From Faecalimonas sp. (GTDB lineage: Bacteria > Bacillota > Clostridia > Lachnospirales > Lachnospiraceae), in NCBI GenBank assembly GCA_045531155.1, contig JAZSDK010000065.1:4564-68563 (forward strand): a stretch of DNA of 64,000 nucleotides. The letters run 5' to 3'. The notes under the pieces were generated by a model. The model did no database searches, was not told the origin of the DNA, and was given only the letters and a program-made list of their open reading frames with translations. This document shows positions 59,753 to 64,000 of the stretch, one piece after another; positions within the stretch are counted from its first letter, which is position 1, and each line of letters begins with the position of its first letter. Position numbers and translations under genes: made by a program.

Positions 59753-60628
59753 ATGAAAGACAAGACAAAAGATACTATATTAGATGTGGCGAAGCAGTTG
59801 ACTTCAAATTATGAGAAACAAGAGGTGGCAAGCTCTGCTATGAAGACAAAACTTCCGGATGTGGAGGTTGTATACAGCATGATTGATGATTTGCGTAAAC
59901 TTACATTTCCGGGACACTTCGGAACAGAGAAGTTTTTGTCAAAGGAAGCATTTGCAGAAGGCGTATTACTTTCTTTGTATGAGAAAATGAAATCTCAGAT
60001 GAAGGTCATTTTATCCGATAAGCAGAAAGCAGAGGAGCTTACTGCACGTTTCATGGAAGCTATTCCGAGAGTACAGGACCTCTTAGTAAAGGATGTAGAA
60101 GCGCAGCTTGCAGGTGATCCGGCAGCAAGTAGCACAAGCGAGGTAATACTGGCTTATCCAGGAATGTATTCTATATTTGTGTATCGCTATGCCCATGTTT
60201 TGTATGAATTAGAGGTGCCTTTATTACCACGTATTATGAGCGAGTACGCACATGGGAAAACCGGAATTGATATCAACCCAGGTGCTACCATTGGGGAATA
60301 TTTCTTTATCGACCATGGTACCGGTGTTGTTATTGGTGAGACAGCCATTATCGGAAAAGGTGTGAAGATTTATCAAGGTGTCACAATTGGTGCACTTTCT
60401 ACGAGAAAGGGTCAGGCATTATCCGGTGTGAAACGTCACCCAACCATAGAAGATAATGTAATTATTTATGCAAATGCAACCATTTTAGGTGGTAACACAG
60501 TTGTAGGTGAAGGTGCAACTGTCGCAGGTAATACCTTTGTGACGGAGTCTGTTCCGGCAGGGGCGAAGGTAAGTGCCATGCATCCGGAATTGAACGTGAG
60601 AACATGTGAGAATTGTACGAGAAAATAA
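59753..60628 (+). CDS. cysE: Serine O-acetyltransferase (EpsC-type)
   Basis: GDPAA, YPG, TGIDI.PGA.IG..FFIDHGTGVVIGET, KRHPT. Confidence 0.9.
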   Translation: MKDKTKDTILDVAKQLTSNYEKQEVASSAMKTKLPDVEVVYSMIDDLRKLTFPGHFGTEKFLSKEAFAEGVLLSLYEKMKSQMKVILSDKQKAEELTARFMEAIPRVQDLLVKDVEAQLAGDPAASSTSEVILAYPGMYSIFVYRYAHVLYELEVPLLPRIMSEYAHGKTGIDINPGATIGEYFFIDHGTGVVIGETAIIGKGVKIYQGVTIGALSTRKGQALSGVKRHPTIEDNVIIYANATILGGNTVVGEGATVAGNTFVTESVPAGAKVSAMHPELNVRTCENCTRK

Positions 60629-60644
60629 TGAGGACGAAAGAACG

Positions 60645-61598
60645 ATGAAATGGAATAAATTCAGACTTACGACGACAACAGAAAGTGAAGATTTGGTCAG
60701 CAGTATGCTGATGGACCTTGGAATTCAAGGGATTGAGATAGAAGATAAGATTCCTCTGACGCAGTCAGACAAGGAGCAAATGTTTGTGGATATTCTGCCG
60801 GAGTTTGCGACGGACGACGGAGTAGCCTATATTAGCTTTTATTTGGAGGAAGAGGAAGATAAAGAAGCCATTCTTGCAAATGTAAGACGAGAGCTGGAGG
60901 ATATGCGCTCTTATGCAAATGTTGGGGCTTGTACCATTGAGGAATCTCAGACGGAGGACGTAGACTGGGTAAATAACTGGAAACAATATTTTCATCAGTT
61001 CTACGTGGATGATATATTGATTATTCCGTCATGGGAAGAAGTGAAGCCGGAGGATGAGGATAAGATGATTATCCACATTGACCCGGGCACAGCATTTGGA
61101 ACCGGTATGCATGAGACAACACAGCTTTGTATTCGTCAGATTCGCAAGTTTGTAAAAGAGGATACCACAATCCTGGATGTGGGATGCGGAAGCGGTATCC
61201 TTGGAATGCTTGCCTTGAAGTTCGGTGCAAAGTATTCAGTGGGAACAGATTTGGACCCATGTGCAATTGATGCCACCTATGAAAATATGGAAGTAAACGG
61301 CATCACAAGAGACCAGTACGAGGTTATGATTGGTAATATCATCAGTGACAAAGAAGTCCAAGATAAAGTGGGCTATGAGAAATACGATATTGTTGTGGCA
61401 AATATATTGGCAGATGTTTTGGTTCCGCTAACACCGGTGATTGTGAATCAATTAAAATTAGGTGGAATCTATATAACCAGCGGAATTATCGATGATAAGG
61501 AAGAAACGGTTGTAAACTGTGTGAAAGAAGCTGGATTAGAAGTGCTGGAGGTAACCTATCAGGGTGAATGGGTTTCCGTTACAGCCAGAAAGAATTAG
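60645..61598 (+). CDS. prmA: Ribosomal protein L11 methyltransferase
   Basis: W...WKQYF, DPG.AFGTG.HETT, LDVGCGSGIL, VANILA. Confidence 0.95.
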   Translation: MKWNKFRLTTTTESEDLVSSMLMDLGIQGIEIEDKIPLTQSDKEQMFVDILPEFATDDGVAYISFYLEEEEDKEAILANVRRELEDMRSYANVGACTIEESQTEDVDWVNNWKQYFHQFYVDDILIIPSWEEVKPEDEDKMIIHIDPGTAFGTGMHETTQLCIRQIRKFVKEDTTILDVGCGSGILGMLALKFGAKYSVGTDLDPCAIDATYENMEVNGITRDQYEVMIGNIISDKEVQDKVGYEKYDIVVANILADVLVPLTPVIVNQLKLGGIYITSGIIDDKEETVVNCVKEAGLEVLEVTYQGEWVSVTARKN

Positions 61599-61607
61599 GA
61601 GAAAGCG

Positions 61608-62360
61608 ATGCATCATTTTTTTGTAACACCGGAGCAGGTGAAGGAAAACATGATTTATATAGAAGGTTCTGATGTGAACCATATAAAAAATGTACTCCGT
61701 ATGAAAGTTGGAGAAGAACTGCATATCAGCGATGGAAATAATAAAAAATACTTATGTGAGATTGCTGGCATTTCCACAGAGGAGATTCAAGTTTCCATCA
61801 AGGAGGAAATGTGCTCAGATACGGAATTGCCGTCAAAAATCTATCTGTTTCAAGGGCTCCCGAAAAGCGACAAGATGGAGCTGATTGTACAAAAAGCAGT
61901 AGAATTAGGCGCGTATGAGATTATTCCGGTTGCCACCAAGCGAGCTGTGGTAAAGCTGGATGATAAGAAGGCGGCAAAGAAGGTGGAGCGCTGGAATAGC
62001 ATTTCCGAAGGGGGAGCAAAGCAGTCCGGAAGAAATGTGATTCCAAAGGTGCAGAATGTGATGTCTTATAAGGAAGCCATGCAGTACGCTAAGGAGCTGG
62101 ATGTGGTTTTAATCCCATATGAGCTTGCAGAAGGAATGGAGGAAACAAGGCAGATTATCGAAGCCATTCGGCCGGGACAGTCTGTTGGAATCTTCATTGG
62201 ACCGGAGGGCGGCTTTGAGACAGAAGAGGTGGAATACGCCATTTCACAAGGTGCAAAAGCCATTACTCTTGGAAAACGTATTTTGCGGACAGAGACAGCA
62301 GGACTTACCACACTGTCGATTTTGATGTATCATTTAGAATGCGAATCTCATAAATTATAA
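61608..62360 (+). CDS. rsmE: 16S rRNA m3U1498 methyltransferase
   Basis: HI..VLR, QK.VELG, IGPEGGF, LG.RILRTETA. Confidence 0.95.
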   Translation: MHHFFVTPEQVKENMIYIEGSDVNHIKNVLRMKVGEELHISDGNNKKYLCEIAGISTEEIQVSIKEEMCSDTELPSKIYLFQGLPKSDKMELIVQKAVELGAYEIIPVATKRAVVKLDDKKAAKKVERWNSISEGGAKQSGRNVIPKVQNVMSYKEAMQYAKELDVVLIPYELAEGMEETRQIIEAIRPGQSVGIFIGPEGGFETEEVEYAISQGAKAITLGKRILRTETAGLTTLSILMYHLECESHKL

Positions 62361-62385
62361 GTAAGAAGAAAAATAGGAGAGTAGT

Positions 62386-63543
62386 ATGGAAGTATATTTG
62401 GATAATTCGGCGACAACAAAATGCTACGAGTGTGTTCGGGATTTGGTCGGTAAGCTTATGTGCGATGATTATGGAAATCCGTCGTCTATGCATAAAAAAG
62501 GCGTAGATGCTGAGAAATATGTGCGCGAGTCCAAAGAAGCCTTGGCAAAACTTTTGAAGGTTCAGGAAAAAGAATTGGTGTTTACTTCCGGTGGTACGGA
62601 AAGTGACAATCTTGCATTGATTGGCTGCGCGAGGGCGAATAGACGTGCCGGCAATCATTTGATTACTTCTTCCATTGAGCATCCGGCTATTTTAAATACC
62701 ATGCGTTATCTGGAACAGGAGGAAGGCTTTCGTGTAACCTATCTTCCGGTTGATAGAGATGGACGGATTAAATTGCAAGCATTAAAAGAAGCCTTGTGCA
62801 GAGATACCATCTTAGTATCCATTATGTATGTGAACAACGAGGTGGGTTCTGTTCAACCAATTGAAGAAGCTGTTCAGATTGTAAAGAACTATAACAGAAA
62901 TATTTTATTCCACGTGGACGCCGTGCAAGGCTTTGGTAAATATCGTATTTTCCCAAAACGTATTGGTGTGGATTTGATGTCAATCAGTGGTCATAAGATT
63001 CACGGGCCAAAGGGAACCGGTGTATTATATGTCAATGAAAAGGTAAAGATTAAACCAATTGTTTTCGGTGGAGAACAGCAGAAAAATATGCGCTCAGGTA
63101 CTGAAAACGTACCGGGAATTGCAGGTCTCGGCCTTGCAGCAAAAGAAATTTATAAAGATTTTGATGCCAAGATTGAAAAAATGCGAGACTTGAAAAATTA
63201 TTTTATCGAAGGTATTAACCAGATTCCACACATTGCCATTCATGGACGAATTGATGAATCAAGCGCACCGCACATTGTTAGCGTTGGTTTTGCAGGGATT
63301 CGAAGTGAGGTGCTGCTTCACACATTGGAAGATAAGGGAATCTATGTATCCAGTGGTTCCGCATGCGCATCCAATCATCCGGCAATTAGCGGCGTGTTAA
63401 GAGGAATTGGCGCAGGACAGCAGTATCTGGATGCCACAATTCGCTTTAGTTTTTCTGAATTTACAACGAAAGAAGAAATTGACTATACACTGAAAACGTT
63501 ATATAATTGTGTACCGATGCTGAGAAAATACACAAGACATTAG
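62386..63543 (+). CDS. iscS: Cysteine desulfurase (NifS/IscS family)
   Basis: YLDNSATT, GNPSS.H, SGHKIHGPKG, RSGTEN, SSGSAC; adjacent to thiI. Confidence 0.88.
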   Translation: MEVYLDNSATTKCYECVRDLVGKLMCDDYGNPSSMHKKGVDAEKYVRESKEALAKLLKVQEKELVFTSGGTESDNLALIGCARANRRAGNHLITSSIEHPAILNTMRYLEQEEGFRVTYLPVDRDGRIKLQALKEALCRDTILVSIMYVNNEVGSVQPIEEAVQIVKNYNRNILFHVDAVQGFGKYRIFPKRIGVDLMSISGHKIHGPKGTGVLYVNEKVKIKPIVFGGEQQKNMRSGTENVPGIAGLGLAAKEIYKDFDAKIEKMRDLKNYFIEGINQIPHIAIHGRIDESSAPHIVSVGFAGIRSEVLLHTLEDKGIYVSSGSACASNHPAISGVLRGIGAGQQYLDATIRFSFSEFTTKEEIDYTLKTLYNCVPMLRKYTRH

Positions 63544-63558
63544 GAGGAATTTTTACCA

Positions 63559-64000
63559 ATGATGTTTCAGGCTTTTTTGATAAAATATGGTGAAATCGGA
63601 TTGAAAGGGAAGAATCGTTATATGTTCGAGGATGCCCTCATGAATCAGATTCGATTTGCTTTAAAAGACGTAGAAGGAACCTTCCATGTGCACAAGTCAC
63701 AGGCAAGAATCTTCGTAGAGTGCGATGGATATTATGATTATGACGAGACAGTAGATGCACTCAAAAGAGTGTTTGGTATTGTTGGAATCTGTCCGGTTAT
63801 CTATGCAGAAGACACCGGATTTGAAGATTTGAAACAAGTGGTTGTTGATTATATGGATAAAATGTATCCGGATAAAAATACCACATTTAAGGTAGAGGCC
63901 AGAAGAGGAAAGAAAAGCTATCCAAAGACCTCAATGGAAATCAATTGTGATTTGGGAGAAGCGATTTTAGAGGCCTTTCCTGAGATTCGTGTAGATGTGC
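63559..64000 (+). CDS. thiI: tRNA 4-thiouridine synthase, 3' end outside the window
   Basis: Read manually: MMFQAFLIKYGEIGLKGKNRYMFE...RVFGI...TFKVEARRGKK (THUMP domain); GGAGG RBS. Confidence 0.92.
   Translation, partial: MMFQAFLIKYGEIGLKGKNRYMFEDALMNQIRFALKDVEGTFHVHKSQARIFVECDGYYDYDETVDALKRVFGIVGICPVIYAEDTGFEDLKQVVVDYMDKMYPDKNTTFKVEARRGKKSYPKTSMEINCDLGEAILEAFPEIRVDV

Overview
AT-rich chromosomal window from an anaerobic Firmicute, probably Lachnospiraceae/Clostridia (inferred from polC, rho-rpmE-DUF1385-prmC-prfA, ispG, iorAB-paaK-ACT, yerC-pcrA and prmA-rsmE-iscS-thiI). About 50 densely packed CDSs are almost all housekeeping, transport or conserved hypothetical genes. I see no rRNA, tRNA, integrase, transposase, prophage or cas genes. 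The unexplained signal is non-coding and falls into three classes. (1) Three arrays of 37-bp units, each two 8-bp boxes separated by 21 variable bp (16773-17038, 26273-26445, 54880-55050); the box sequences differ between arrays but the geometry is the same. (2) Five copies (two subfamilies) of a ~135-147 bp multi-stem element with compensatory base changes, all just downstream of or overlapping gene 3' ends; one copy has become the C-terminus of the DUF1385 protein. (3) A 444-bp rod-like imperfect palindrome whose ends are oppositely oriented terminators (3261-3704). Candidate operators for the YerC/TrpR-like and DUF1836 regulators are also noted. Gene calls come from recognising motifs by eye; no searches were run.
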